A stretch of 24,000 nt of DNA from the NCBI GenBank assembly GCA_963822095.1, contig CAWGGS010000030.1, positions 28,933 to 52,932 of the forward strand, in the 5' to 3' direction. How positions within the stretch are numbered: position 1 is the stretch's first letter; each line of letters starts with the position of its first letter. The stretch is from an uncultured delta proteobacterium. Lineage in GTDB: Bacteria; Desulfobacterota; Desulfobulbia; Desulfobulbales; Desulfocapsaceae. A model generated the notes under the pieces. It was not told where the DNA came from and searched no databases. It saw only the letters and a program-made list of their open reading frames with translations. This document shows, piece by piece, positions 8,480 through 17,478 of the stretch. A program made the translations under genes and the position numbers.

Positions 8480-8735
8480 TTATCGCCTGTACACTACGGC
8501 TGACGGAGGCCGTCCCTGGCCTGCTGTCAGTTGCGGACGTCCTGTCCGCAACCCTGCGGGCCTTTGTGATTCCCAGGCGGGCCTCCGCGATGCGTCCTCC
8601 AGCGACAAATTTCGCCTCCCGCGATATAGAAAGGTATGCTCAATTCGGAAGAACCGCAAAAAATAGCTGCCTGGGCCGACCTCCCATGAGCCGGATTCCA
8701 AGAGTGTAACGAGAGGAAGTGGTTCCTTTTTTTCT
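8480..8735. other. GC-rich, hairpin-dense intergenic element (candidate structured RNA or selD leader); identity unknown
   Basis: 39/60 bases are G/C in 8521-8580, versus 23/60 in flanking 8401-8460 (my counts). Nested hairpin 8500-8530. Perfect 8-bp hairpin TTGCGGAC-gtcct-GTCCGCAA at 8531-8551. Direct repeats GCGGGCCT (8556, 8577) and GCCTCC(C)GCGAT (8581, 8614). Weak AGGAA-gtgg-TTCCT hairpin followed by a T-run at 8714-8733. Confidence 0.3.
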
Positions 8736-8869
8736 TGCCTCACCGGGATTTACGATTATTGTGCAAAGCATGGTTTTACTAAAACAAGGAGATTCTCCCA
8801 CGACATCATCTTGTTTTAATGAGCCTGTTTTATAAATGATCATATTCCTTCGTCCCTCACGGAGACACA

Positions 8870-9922
8870 ATGCAACTTTTTAAGAAAAAAACGCTGACCG
8901 GGCTTGCCAGGACCTGCGGCTGAGCAGCTAAAATCGGTCCGGCGGACTTGTCGGACGCCCTGCATGGTTTAGATTTCCATCATGACCCAAATCTGCTGGT
9001 CGGTGTTGAAACGTCCGATGACGCAGCTGTTTATAGGCTTACAGATCAGATTGCCATGGTCAATACCATTGACTTCATCACCCCCCCCGTGGACGATCCT
9101 TACTGGTTTGGGCAGATTGCGGCGGCAAATTCCATTTCGGACATATACTCCATGGGTGGAAAGCCTCTGACAGCTCTCAACGTGGTCATGTTTCCGACCA
9201 GCCACCTCGACAAGGGAGTATTAAGAGAGATCCTGCGCGGCGGCAACGACAAGGTTACAGAAGCAGGGGCATGTCTTGTCGGTGGCCATTCCGTGGATGA
9301 CAATGAACCGAAATACGGACTGTGCGTAAACGGCATCGTCCACCCGGAAAAAATTCTCACCAACTCGGGAGCCCGTCCCGGAGATGTCCTGGTTCTGACC
9401 AAGCCCCTTGGCTCCGGGGTTCTGTTCAATGCGGTCCGCTCAAGGAAATTCAGTTTTAAGGAACTCGAGCAGTCAACCCTTCCAACCGTTGCCTCACTCA
9501 ATGGACCGGCAATGGAAATCGCGCTTTCCTACGACCTGCACGCAGCCACCGACATAACCGGTTTCGGACTCCTTGGACACGCCCTGGAAATGGCCGCCGG
9601 CAGCAAAATGAGGATGTACTTCGACTATCAGTCCTTGCCCTTCTATAACGGCGCATACGACATGTATAAAAAGGGAGAAACAACCGGCAGCAACAAGGCC
9701 AACAGGGCCCTGGTGGAACGTCATGCCCTGAGCATTGTCCGAAAGCTTTCACCTCCCCAGGAAGAATTGCTCTTCGACCCGCAGACCTCGGGTGGACTAC
9801 TCCTTTCGCTTCCTGCAATGCAGGCCGAAGAAATGCTCCCTCGACTGCACCGGGCCGGGGTTTCGGCAGCAGCAATAATCGGCCGAGTAGAAAAGGAAGC
9901 CGTCGGGCTAATCATAGAATAG
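8870..9922 (+). CDS. selD: Selenide, water dikinase (selenophosphate synthetase) with in-frame UGA = selenocysteine at 8921-8923
   Basis: The ORF-track body (8948-9922) is SelD-like: PYWFGQIAAANSISDIYSMGGKP, LVGGHSVDD, DITGFGLLGH. The same frame continues upstream to ATG 8870 (GGAGA at 8861-8865), interrupted only by TGA 8921-8923. This gives MQLFKKKTLTGLARTCG-U-AAKIGPADL, which is the catalytic Gly-rich loop. Confidence 0.88.
8935..8959 (+). promoter_or_regulatory. Candidate bacterial SECIS hairpin downstream of the selD UGA
   Basis: GTCCG (8937-8941) pairs with CGGAC (8952-8956) around a 10-nt loop GCGGACTTGT, starting about 14 nt 3' of the UGA. An alternative pairing is GGCG (8941-8944) with CGCC (8956-8959). 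Confidence 0.4.
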
Positions 9923-9999
9923 CTCTAGTCCATTTAATATGAACGTCTCTTAATTACTCTTTGTTTACATACTATCATGACCGGCAATCCATCAGGTGA

Positions 10000-10041
10000 T
10001 AAGGAGCTGTAAGTGAATTACAGCTCCTTAGATTTGATTTT
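10000..10041 (+). terminator. Rho-independent terminator of selD
   Basis: Perfect 13-bp stem TAAGGAGCTGTAA (10000-10012) / TTACAGCTCCTTA (10018-10030) with a 5-nt loop, followed by the T-rich GATTTGATTTT. Confidence 0.7.
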
Positions 10042-10105
10042 CAATTGAGTTTTATGATAAACTTCATTCACTTACTCAAATGAGCCTTTAAGATCCCCAA
10101 AGAAC

Positions 10106-11053
10106 ATGACCGACAAAACACCGATAACGAACAGACGGAACACAACCGTTGTTCTGTTTGGAGAGATTCTTTTTGACATGTTCCCGGACCGTTCTGTACT
10201 CGGCGGGGCACCCTTCAATGTCGCCTGTCATCTCCAGGCCTTTGGTCTTAAACCGGTGCTGATCAGCCGCACGGGAAAAGATACGTTAAGCCGTGAGATT
10301 GTCACCAGAATGACCACGTGCAAAATGGACACCCAAGGCCTTCAATCGGACAGCATTTATCCCACTGGAACCGTTTTAATCCATTTAAAAAACGGCAATC
10401 ATCGGTTCGAGATATTGCCGGATCAAGCCTACGACTTCATAGATGCACAAGCTGCCTGCGATACGACACGGACCATCGTCCCCAACCTTATCTACTACGG
10501 AACCCTTGCCCAGCGGCATCCGGTCTCCCGAAAGGCTCTGGACGCATTACTCAACGCCTCAGAAGCCCCGCATTTCCTCGACATCAACCTGCGGACGCCG
10601 TGGTACAATACGGACATATTGCACTCTTCACTGACCCAGGCCGACATCGTAAAACTCAACCTCGATGAACTCTATCAGATTGGAGCCTTGCTCGAGTTCA
10701 AAGAAATAAAAAAAGAAGATCTGTCCCAGGCCCTGATGAAAAACTATAACCTTATGCATCTGCTGGTAACATGCGGCGATGCCGGAGCCTGGTTGATGCA
10801 TACGGATGGTCATGTCGTCGAGGCACCGGCCGGACAACCTCTTGAGATTATCGATACAGTTGGGGCCGGGGATGCTTTTTCAGCCGTTTTCATTCTCGGT
10901 CTTTTCAGTAATTGGCCAATGGTAGAGATACTGACCAGGGCCGATACCTTTGCCCGGTCTATATGCGAAATTCGGGGTGCTGTCCCCGATGACGACAGCT
11001 TTTACACCCCCTTTCGTGCGGCCTGGAATACCACTAAGGGAGCTCTTCCATGA
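10106..11053 (+). CDS. PfkB-family carbohydrate kinase, fructokinase-like
   Basis: 315 aa. N-terminal VVLFGEILFDMFPDRSVLGGAPFNVACHLQAFG and C-terminal DTVGAGDAFSAV are PfkB/fructokinase signatures. The stop overlaps the SPS start (ATGA at 11050-11053). Confidence 0.85.
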   Translation: MTDKTPITNRRNTTVVLFGEILFDMFPDRSVLGGAPFNVACHLQAFGLKPVLISRTGKDTLSREIVTRMTTCKMDTQGLQSDSIYPTGTVLIHLKNGNHRFEILPDQAYDFIDAQAACDTTRTIVPNLIYYGTLAQRHPVSRKALDALLNASEAPHFLDINLRTPWYNTDILHSSLTQADIVKLNLDELYQIGALLEFKEIKKEDLSQALMKNYNLMHLLVTCGDAGAWLMHTDGHVVEAPAGQPLEIIDTVGAGDAFSAVFILGLFSNWPMVEILTRADTFARSICEIRGAVPDDDSFYTPFRAAWNTTKGALP

Positions 11054-13218
11054 ACACACAGCTCTACATCCTGATGCTCAGCATCCATGGTCTGATACGC
11101 GGCACGAATCCGGAACTTGGCCGTGATGCCGATACGGGGGGCCAGATCACCTATGTCCTTGAGCTGGCGAGAGCCCTGGGACGCAACCAGGGAGTGGAAC
11201 GTGTTGAACTTCTGACCCGTCAAATAGAAGATCCCGATGTCTCTCCCGATTACAGTGAAGCAAGAGAAAAGCTTGGGGAAAACGCCGATATCGTCCGCCT
11301 GCCCTTTGGCCCCAAACGATATATCCGCAAGGAACTCCTGTGGCGTCATCTTGACCATCTTGTCGACCGCTGTCTTCTGTATCTGCGCGGTCAGCAGAAA
11401 CTTCCCGATCTCATCCACACCCATTATGCAGACGCTGGGCTGGTGGGAGTTCATCTCTCCCAGCTCCTCGGTATTCCCCAGATCCACACCGGCCACTCAC
11501 TGGGGCGTTGCAAGCTGAAGCGTATGCTCGATGCAGGACGTAAGGAGCAGCCACTGGAGCGTCAATTCAACTTCAATCAACGAATTTCCGCCGAAGAAGA
11601 GGTGCTACGCCATGCATCAATGATCGTGACCAGCACCCGACAAGAGGTTGTTGAACAGTATGGAATGTATGAACACTTCGACGCTAAGCGTTCCATCGTA
11701 ATTCCACCGGGAACGGACACCTCCCGCTTTTCTCCCCCAGGGCGACAAAGGCTTCCGGTTTCCGTCATTTCGATGATCGACAGGTTTCTCTCCCATCCGG
11801 AAAAGTCTATGATCCTGACTATCTGTCGTCCGGATGCCAGAAAAAATCTCCAACGCCTGCTCATTGCCTATGGCGAGGATCAAAATCTTCAGGAAAAAGC
11901 CAATCTGGTGATCGTTGCCGGCAACCGTGACAACATACAGACCATGGAGGAATCACAACGAAAGGTACTCTCCGATCTTCTTTTTTCTATAGATCGCTAT
12001 GATCTCTGGGGCAAGGTCGCCCTGCCCAAGCACCACACCATGGATGACATTCCGAATCTCTATCGCCTTGCGGCCAGACGCCGCGGGGTCTTCGTAAATC
12101 CTGCTCTTACCGAACCCTTCGGTCTGACTCTGATTGAGGCTGCCGCAAGCGGCCTTCCCATAGTTGCAACAAATGACGGCGGCCCCAATGACATTATAAG
12201 CAATTGCCACAACGGCCTGTTGCTCAATCCGTTGTCCACAACCGAAATCGCCGAAACACTCAAGACAGCGCTGTCAAACCCGAGAACATGGAGGGATTGG
12301 TCAAAAAAAGGTATCAAGGGTGTGCGGCGTCACTACACCTGGGATGGCCATGTGGCCCAATTTATGACCTGCGCGGGTCGGATAATTCGCAAGTCCCGCA
12401 AACGTGTCAGGCGTGAGCTGGCAGCAACTCTGCGTGAAGGGAAATCCCCTCTCCCACTCGTCAACAAGGCATTGGTGAGTGATATCGACAATACCCTCAT
12501 AGGTGACAAGGAGGGACTGCAGAAACTGCTCAGCTGGCTCCACCAGAATGCAGGTTCATTGGCCTTCGGAATTGCCACAGGAAGAAATCTCGAAAGCGCC
12601 ATCAAAGTATTGCGGGAATGGAACCTCCCGTCACCGGATGTCCTGATAACCTCGGTGGGAACCGAGATCAATTACGGGTTCGACCTGCGCCCCGATGCCG
12701 GATGGGAAAAACATATCCGACACCAGTGGCGGCGAGACGCGTTGACCCGGGCCCTTATGGAAATCCCCGGAATAAAACCGCAACCCAAAGAAAATCAGCG
12801 CAAATTCAAGATCAGCTACAACGTCACCCCCGAAATGTTACCGCCCATAAAGGAGATATTGGCCCATCTGTCCGCTAAAAAGCTGAACGCCAACGTCATC
12901 TATTCCCACCAGGCGTATCTCGATATTCTTCCCATACGGGCATCTAAGGGCCAGGCTATCCGCTACCTCGCCTATAAATGGGGACTTCCACTAAACGCCT
13001 TCCTGGTGGCCGGTGATTCAGGAAACGATGCAGAGATGATGTTGGGAGATACCCTCGGCGTCATTGTCGGCAACCACAGCCCCGAACTCAAGTCATTACG
13101 CGGTCATCACCAGGTGTTTTTTGCCTCAGCCTTTAATGCCTGGGGCATTCTGGAAGGAATCGACCACTACAAATTCACAGACACTCCAACCTCTTGCGAA
13201 AGGCTCAGTGACCCATGA
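11050..13218 (+). CDS. Sucrose-phosphate synthase (GT4/GT-B) with a C-terminal sucrose-phosphate phosphatase-like HAD domain
   Basis: 722 aa. [46 protein letters not shown] and [25 protein letters not shown] are SPS hallmarks. The C-terminal domain carries SDIDNTLIG (12481-12495 = DIDNT), SKG and [10 protein letters not shown] (13012-13029 = GDSGND). Confidence 0.9.
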   Translation: MNTQLYILMLSIHGLIRGTNPELGRDADTGGQITYVLELARALGRNQGVERVELLTRQIEDPDVSPDYSEAREKLGENADIVRLPFGPKRYIRKELLWRHLDHLVDRCLLYLRGQQKLPDLIHTHYADAGLVGVHLSQLLGIPQIHTGHSLGRCKLKRMLDAGRKEQPLERQFNFNQRISAEEEVLRHASMIVTSTRQEVVEQYGMYEHFDAKRSIVIPPGTDTSRFSPPGRQRLPVSVISMIDRFLSHPEKSMILTICRPDARKNLQRLLIAYGEDQNLQEKANLVIVAGNRDNIQTMEESQRKVLSDLLFSIDRYDLWGKVALPKHHTMDDIPNLYRLAARRRGVFVNPALTEPFGLTLIEAAASGLPIVATNDGGPNDIISNCHNGLLLNPLSTTEIAETLKTALSNPRTWRDWSKKGIKGVRRHYTWDGHVAQFMTCAGRIIRKSRKRVRRELAATLREGKSPLPLVNKALVSDIDNTLIGDKEGLQKLLSWLHQNAGSLAFGIATGRNLESAIKVLREWNLPSPDVLITSVGTEINYGFDLRPDAGWEKHIRHQWRRDALTRALMEIPGIKPQPKENQRKFKISYNVTPEMLPPIKEILAHLSAKKLNANVIYSHQAYLDILPIRASKGQAIRYLAYKWGLPLNAFLVAGDSGNDAEMMLGDTLGVIVGNHSPELKSLRGHHQVFFASAFNAWGILEGIDHYKFTDTPTSCERLSDP

Positions 13219-15602
13219 TAGAAGATATTATTCAATTCACTAAAGAAAACCGTGATGCCGTCTATACTTTGCTCCATTCCTATTTTGCCGGTAACCGTCC
13301 TCTTCTCCTGCAGTCCGACCTGGTGCAGATCTATATCGAAATTTGCCAAAACCCTGAATATTCGTCCCTCTCGTCTTCCTTCCTCCATGAATTTATTTAT
13401 CAACTTCAGGAGGGGGTTTTTACCCACCCCTGGGCCTATTTCGCATTAAGAGAGCGCATCGCCCAATGGCGCTATCTCCGTTTCCATCTCGACCAGGTAA
13501 CCGTGGAAGAGGTCAGTATCAGTGAATTTTTGCGCTTTAAGGAGATGATGCACCCATCCGATACCCCGGAATCGATATTGGAGATTGACTTTGGTCCCTT
13601 TGGTAGAGAATTTCCCCGGTTGAAAGAGGCCAAATCCATCGGCCACGGAATGATATTTTTGAATCGCCAGCTTTCAAGCACCATGTTCCAGAAAATGAGT
13701 GAAGGTGAAGCCCGTCTGCTCCATTTCTTGAAGGTTCATTCCATCGACGGGAATCCCCTGATGATCAACGGAGGGTTCTCATCGGTTGCAATATTGCGAG
13801 ACGGACTGCGAAAGGCCCTTTCAAAAATCGAGCCTCTTGATCCCGATACCCCCTTTGACAATTTCAGAGATGCCCTGCACAAAATGGGATTTGCCCCCGG
13901 ATGGGGCGATACAGCGGCACGGGTTGCCGAAACCATGAATCTCCTGGTAGATATTTTAGAAGCCCCATCCCCAACTTCCCTCGAGGAATTCCTCGCTCGA
14001 ATTCCCATGATTTCCCGCCTCCTTATCATGTCTCCCCATGGGTATTTCGGCCAGGATAACGTACTGGGACTGCCGGATACCGGCGGCCAGGTCGTCTATA
14101 TCCTGGATCAGGTAAAAGCCCTGGAATACGAGATGCGTAAACGCCTGGCGCTCCAAGGGGTTCCGGTGGAGCCCAAGATACTGATTGTCACTCGCCTGAT
14201 CCCTGATTCCGAAGGAACCACCTGCAATCAACGCCTGGAAAAAGTGAACGGTTGCGACAACACCTGGATCCTGCGTGTGCCGTTCCAGAAAAAAAACGGA
14301 GAGATCATCCGTCACTGGATATCCCGCTTTGAGATATGGCCGTATCTAGAAGATTTTGCAAAAAATGTCGAACGTGAAGCGCTGGCCGAATTCGGTGGAC
14401 GACCGGATCTCATCATCGGTAATTATTCTGACGGCAATCTTGTTGCCTCGCTCATAAGCCGAAACCTCAAGGTCACCCAGTGCAATATCGCCCATGCTCT
14501 GGAAAAAACCAAATACCTCCACTCAGATCTGTATTGGCAGGAAAACGATGCCCAATACCATTTCTCTTGTCAATACACCGCCGATCTGATTGCCATGAAC
14601 ACCGCCGATTTCATCATTACCAGCACCTACCAGGAAATAGCCGGCACTGAAGACTCTATTGGTCAATATGAAAGTTACCGATCTTTCACCATGCCTGGGC
14701 TTTACCGGGTTGTCGACGGTATCAACCTCTTTGATCCCAAGTTCAATATCGTCTCCCCCGGAGCCAACTCAGGTGTCTACTTCCCCTATACAGAACATGA
14801 CCGGCGTCCCACTTCCCTGTTGCCGGAAATCGAGGAGATTCTCTTCGGTGGTCCAATCCAGCACTCACGGGGTATTTTGAAAGATCATGATAAGCCGATT
14901 ATATTCACCATGGCACGACTCGACAGAATCAAAAACCTTACCGGCCTGGTGGATTGGTACGGCAACTCACAGCGCCTCAGGAAGCTTGCCAACCTTGTCG
15001 TTGTGGGAGGGTATGTAACGGAAGAGGAATCGCGAGACCACGAAGAACAGGCCCAGATACTCGCCATGCACGAGCTGATGACCCGTCATCAGCTCGACGA
15101 ACAGATGCGCTGGGTCGGCATGCGTCTCAACAAGACTTTATCCGGTGAGCTCTACCGGTATATCGCCGATCGCCATGGTGTTTTTGTCCAGCCGGCCCTG
15201 TTTGAGGCCTTTGGACTTACTATCATTGAAGCCATGGCTTCGGGTTTGCCGACCTTTGCCACACGATACGGAGGTCCCCTTGAAATCATCGAAAATAACA
15301 AATCGGGTTTTCATATCGATCCCAACAGCGGTGCCGACTGTGTCGACCGAATAGCCGATTTTCTCGAAAACTGCAACCGAGACCCAAAGGAGTGGCACCG
15401 TCTTTCAGAAGGTGCCTTGACCAGGGTTGAGGCACGATATACCTGGAAGCTCTATGCGGAACGGATGATGACGCTGTCCCGCATCTACGGTTTCTGGAAA
15501 TTTATCAGCGATCTTGAACGAGAAGAAACCGAAAGATACCTCCATATGTTCTATCAATTGCAGTTCCGCCCACTTGCTGCAATGCTTGGTGAAGAACAAT
15601 AG
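13215..15602 (+). CDS. Sucrose synthase
   Basis: 795 aa. [62 protein letters not shown] and [24 protein letters not shown] are the canonical sucrose synthase architecture. The ATG overlaps the SPS stop (ATGA at 13215-13218). Confidence 0.92.
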   Translation: MIEDIIQFTKENRDAVYTLLHSYFAGNRPLLLQSDLVQIYIEICQNPEYSSLSSSFLHEFIYQLQEGVFTHPWAYFALRERIAQWRYLRFHLDQVTVEEVSISEFLRFKEMMHPSDTPESILEIDFGPFGREFPRLKEAKSIGHGMIFLNRQLSSTMFQKMSEGEARLLHFLKVHSIDGNPLMINGGFSSVAILRDGLRKALSKIEPLDPDTPFDNFRDALHKMGFAPGWGDTAARVAETMNLLVDILEAPSPTSLEEFLARIPMISRLLIMSPHGYFGQDNVLGLPDTGGQVVYILDQVKALEYEMRKRLALQGVPVEPKILIVTRLIPDSEGTTCNQRLEKVNGCDNTWILRVPFQKKNGEIIRHWISRFEIWPYLEDFAKNVEREALAEFGGRPDLIIGNYSDGNLVASLISRNLKVTQCNIAHALEKTKYLHSDLYWQENDAQYHFSCQYTADLIAMNTADFIITSTYQEIAGTEDSIGQYESYRSFTMPGLYRVVDGINLFDPKFNIVSPGANSGVYFPYTEHDRRPTSLLPEIEEILFGGPIQHSRGILKDHDKPIIFTMARLDRIKNLTGLVDWYGNSQRLRKLANLVVVGGYVTEEESRDHEEQAQILAMHELMTRHQLDEQMRWVGMRLNKTLSGELYRYIADRHGVFVQPALFEAFGLTIIEAMASGLPTFATRYGGPLEIIENNKSGFHIDPNSGADCVDRIADFLENCNRDPKEWHRLSEGALTRVEARYTWKLYAERMMTLSRIYGFWKFISDLEREETERYLHMFYQLQFRPLAAMLGEEQ

Positions 15603-15606
15603 GTTT

Positions 15607-16413
15607 TTAGGTAAAAAATCCGGTGGGCCTGAGCCTTACGGAAATGGATTTAACCCCAGGTACTTTCTTAGCTTTTTCCGTGATTATATCGGAAAGTCTT
15701 GTATCCATGCGCATCGAAGCCCGCACTGCAACCTCAAAGGCTCCGCCAACACCGCTTACGGTACACGTCGGATATTCATCGATGAGTTCCGCCCTGATTT
15801 TGGCCGCAACAGCGAGGTCGTCAATGGCCTGTTGCGATTGGGCCGTGGTCTTGAACTGCGGTTGCCCTGCGGCTTCACAGATAAGATCGACGGCATTATC
15901 TATGGTCAATTTATCAATATGGACCACAAGGTCATACAGGTTGACATCAGTAGCATCCACACCATAGAGCTGAAAACTCCAGGCCTTGCGATCATGGTCA
16001 TCTTTTTGGAGAAACTCCACAGCCTGGTCCCGGCTCATATTATCCTTTGCTATCAGCGCTGCCACGCGGTCTTCAAAATTCGCGATGACCCTCACCTTAA
16101 ATAAGTGTCCCACGTCCTGGGCGAAAAAGTGTCCTGCCAGACCATGATAGACAACATTGTCTCCCCTGAAATGATCGAGAATTTCAGCGGTTACAAAGGC
16201 AATATATTTTTGTTTTTCATAGGTAAATCGCTCAAAAATTGAAGGTGCATCATGAATCGCCTGATCAAGCCTCTTTTGCGGAATCTGAAAATCCTTGGAC
16301 GCTTCGAGAACGACTTCTCTGGACACAGTGAGATAACCGAGCCGCTCCGCCACCTTTTCAGCCACCTCTTTCCCTTTACTAAAAGATCCCCTCGAAATTG
16401 TAATGATTGCCAT
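15607..16413 (-). CDS. Cytidylate kinase-like family protein with a C-terminal BON-like segment
   Basis: 268 aa. N-terminus ITISRGSFSKGKEVAEKVAERLGY resembles the degenerate P-loop of the cytidylate-kinase-like family. The last ~80 aa (DDLAVAAKIRAELI...KVPGVKSISVRLRP) resemble a BON domain. Strong SD GGAGGGAGG lies before the ATG. Confidence 0.7.
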   Translation of the reverse strand: MAIITISRGSFSKGKEVAEKVAERLGYLTVSREVVLEASKDFQIPQKRLDQAIHDAPSIFERFTYEKQKYIAFVTAEILDHFRGDNVVYHGLAGHFFAQDVGHLFKVRVIANFEDRVAALIAKDNMSRDQAVEFLQKDDHDRKAWSFQLYGVDATDVNLYDLVVHIDKLTIDNAVDLICEAAGQPQFKTTAQSQQAIDDLAVAAKIRAELIDEYPTCTVSGVGGAFEVAVRASMRMDTRLSDIITEKAKKVPGVKSISVRLRPTGFFT

Positions 16414-16923
16414 ATATCCTCCCTCCGGTTAACAATAACTGAAATACACGATACGGGATCCGTATCACAACACCTCCCCATCGGCAAACCTGAATCAGCT
16501 TGCCCTTGATCCATTATCGCTCAATCTTCCCTCTCTTTCAAGGAAAGCATGCAATCACCTGCTTTTCTTTCTTATTTTCGTCTTTCATCGCTTTTAAACG
16601 CCATGGTCATAGAAAAACGTCGCTCCTCCGGGAAAGCCGAAACTACAGATATGCTCCATCCCGGAAGGCCTGAGCCCGGATTGAATAGAGTCTTTAAATC
16701 CCTCATTATTCTTAGAATAACCAAGCCCATGCCTCTTCATTTTTCATGGGCCTGGTTTTCCCTATCCGAATCATTTTTCTGGCAGTAGCTGCTACTTGGT
16801 TCCCCAAAAGTACATCCCTTTATCCGAGATACCGATATCGTGGGTTGACGAAAATTCGGGATGTAGGATATCTATCCCTTGCGTTTTCCCCATTCCCCGC
16901 TCACCAGCCAGTGGAAAGGTCTG

Positions 16924-17316
16924 TTAAGCAGACGGGAGAAAGTCGATACCTTTGCCCTGGAGTTTTTCTGGAAGAGATATTTGAAGATTTGAGCAAAACT
17001 CCTTTGCCGAAACGGCATTGGACTCACCTGTCAGTTTTCCATTCCGGTAGTACCGAATGTAGGGAACCTGGTCATTACCGAAAACCTCTTCCTTGAATGT
17101 GCAAAAGCTGTCGAAAAAGTCAGTGAGATCATATTCCAGATAAAAAATCGAACAATCAGGTAGATCACCGATAAACCGTTTCATTGCCAGCCACTGAGGG
17201 CACCAGCTCTGAGTCAGGAAAACAGCGACTTTTTCAGATGAGGAAAGGATTTGCTCCTCAAACTCTCCATGATCTCTACAAAATAGAGCTTGATCCTTGG
17301 ATATTTCTTTCAACAT
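16924..17316 (-). CDS. Thioredoxin-fold protein with monothiol WCPQW motif
   Basis: VAVFLTQSWCPQWLAMKRF sits where Trx-fold proteins carry WCxxC, and a beta-alpha pattern surrounds it. ATG 17316 is preferred, being preceded by AAGGAA 7 nt upstream. The ORF-track TTG 17349 would add 11 aa. Confidence 0.6.
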   Translation of the reverse strand: MLKEISKDQALFCRDHGEFEEQILSSSEKVAVFLTQSWCPQWLAMKRFIGDLPDCSIFYLEYDLTDFFDSFCTFKEEVFGNDQVPYIRYYRNGKLTGESNAVSAKEFCSNLQISLPEKLQGKGIDFLPSA

Positions 17317-17478
17317 AATAGTTTCCTTTGAATAGTAGGATTTTTGCAATCCAAAATTTTTCTCTTAGATTCGTTGCACCTGTATAGGAAAGTCTCACAA
17401 GAGCGACGGCCTTGCCATGCCCAGGTGAGGGGCTTTCATATTTCGTTGTGACCGGCGGTTCTGGTTTGGCCATGCGGG

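Noticed and set aside
8340-8760. Possibility that the GC-rich element is tRNA-Sec (selC), RNase P RNA, tmRNA, SRP RNA or a cobalamin/glycine/c-di-GMP riboswitch
   Set aside because: On either strand I could not find the diagnostic cores: a CTTCAAA-type UCA anticodon loop with a T-arm, GAGGAAAGTCC / ACAGAACCCGGCTTA, a GGTTCGA T-loop with CCA end, a GGAAGCAGCC-like SRP motif, or the GCCACTG B12 box. This check was by eye only, so an Infernal scan is still needed.
8480-8870. Minus-strand ORFs 8480-8743 (87 aa) and 8640-8870 (76 aa) in the GC-rich spacer
   Set aside because: The translations are Arg/Pro/Gly-rich, typical of random frames in GC-rich DNA. They have no SD or homology, and one overlaps the selD start region. 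The region is better treated as non-coding and structured.
11002-11496. 164-aa minus-strand ORF over the fructokinase/SPS junction
   Set aside because: It is antisense to two well-supported, translationally coupled genes and has no recognisable domain.
15514-16104. 196-aa + strand ORF overlapping the cytidylate-kinase-like gene
   Set aside because: The opposite-strand 268-aa ORF has the family-typical N-terminus and a strong SD. The + strand ORF also overlaps the end of sucrose synthase and has no motif support.
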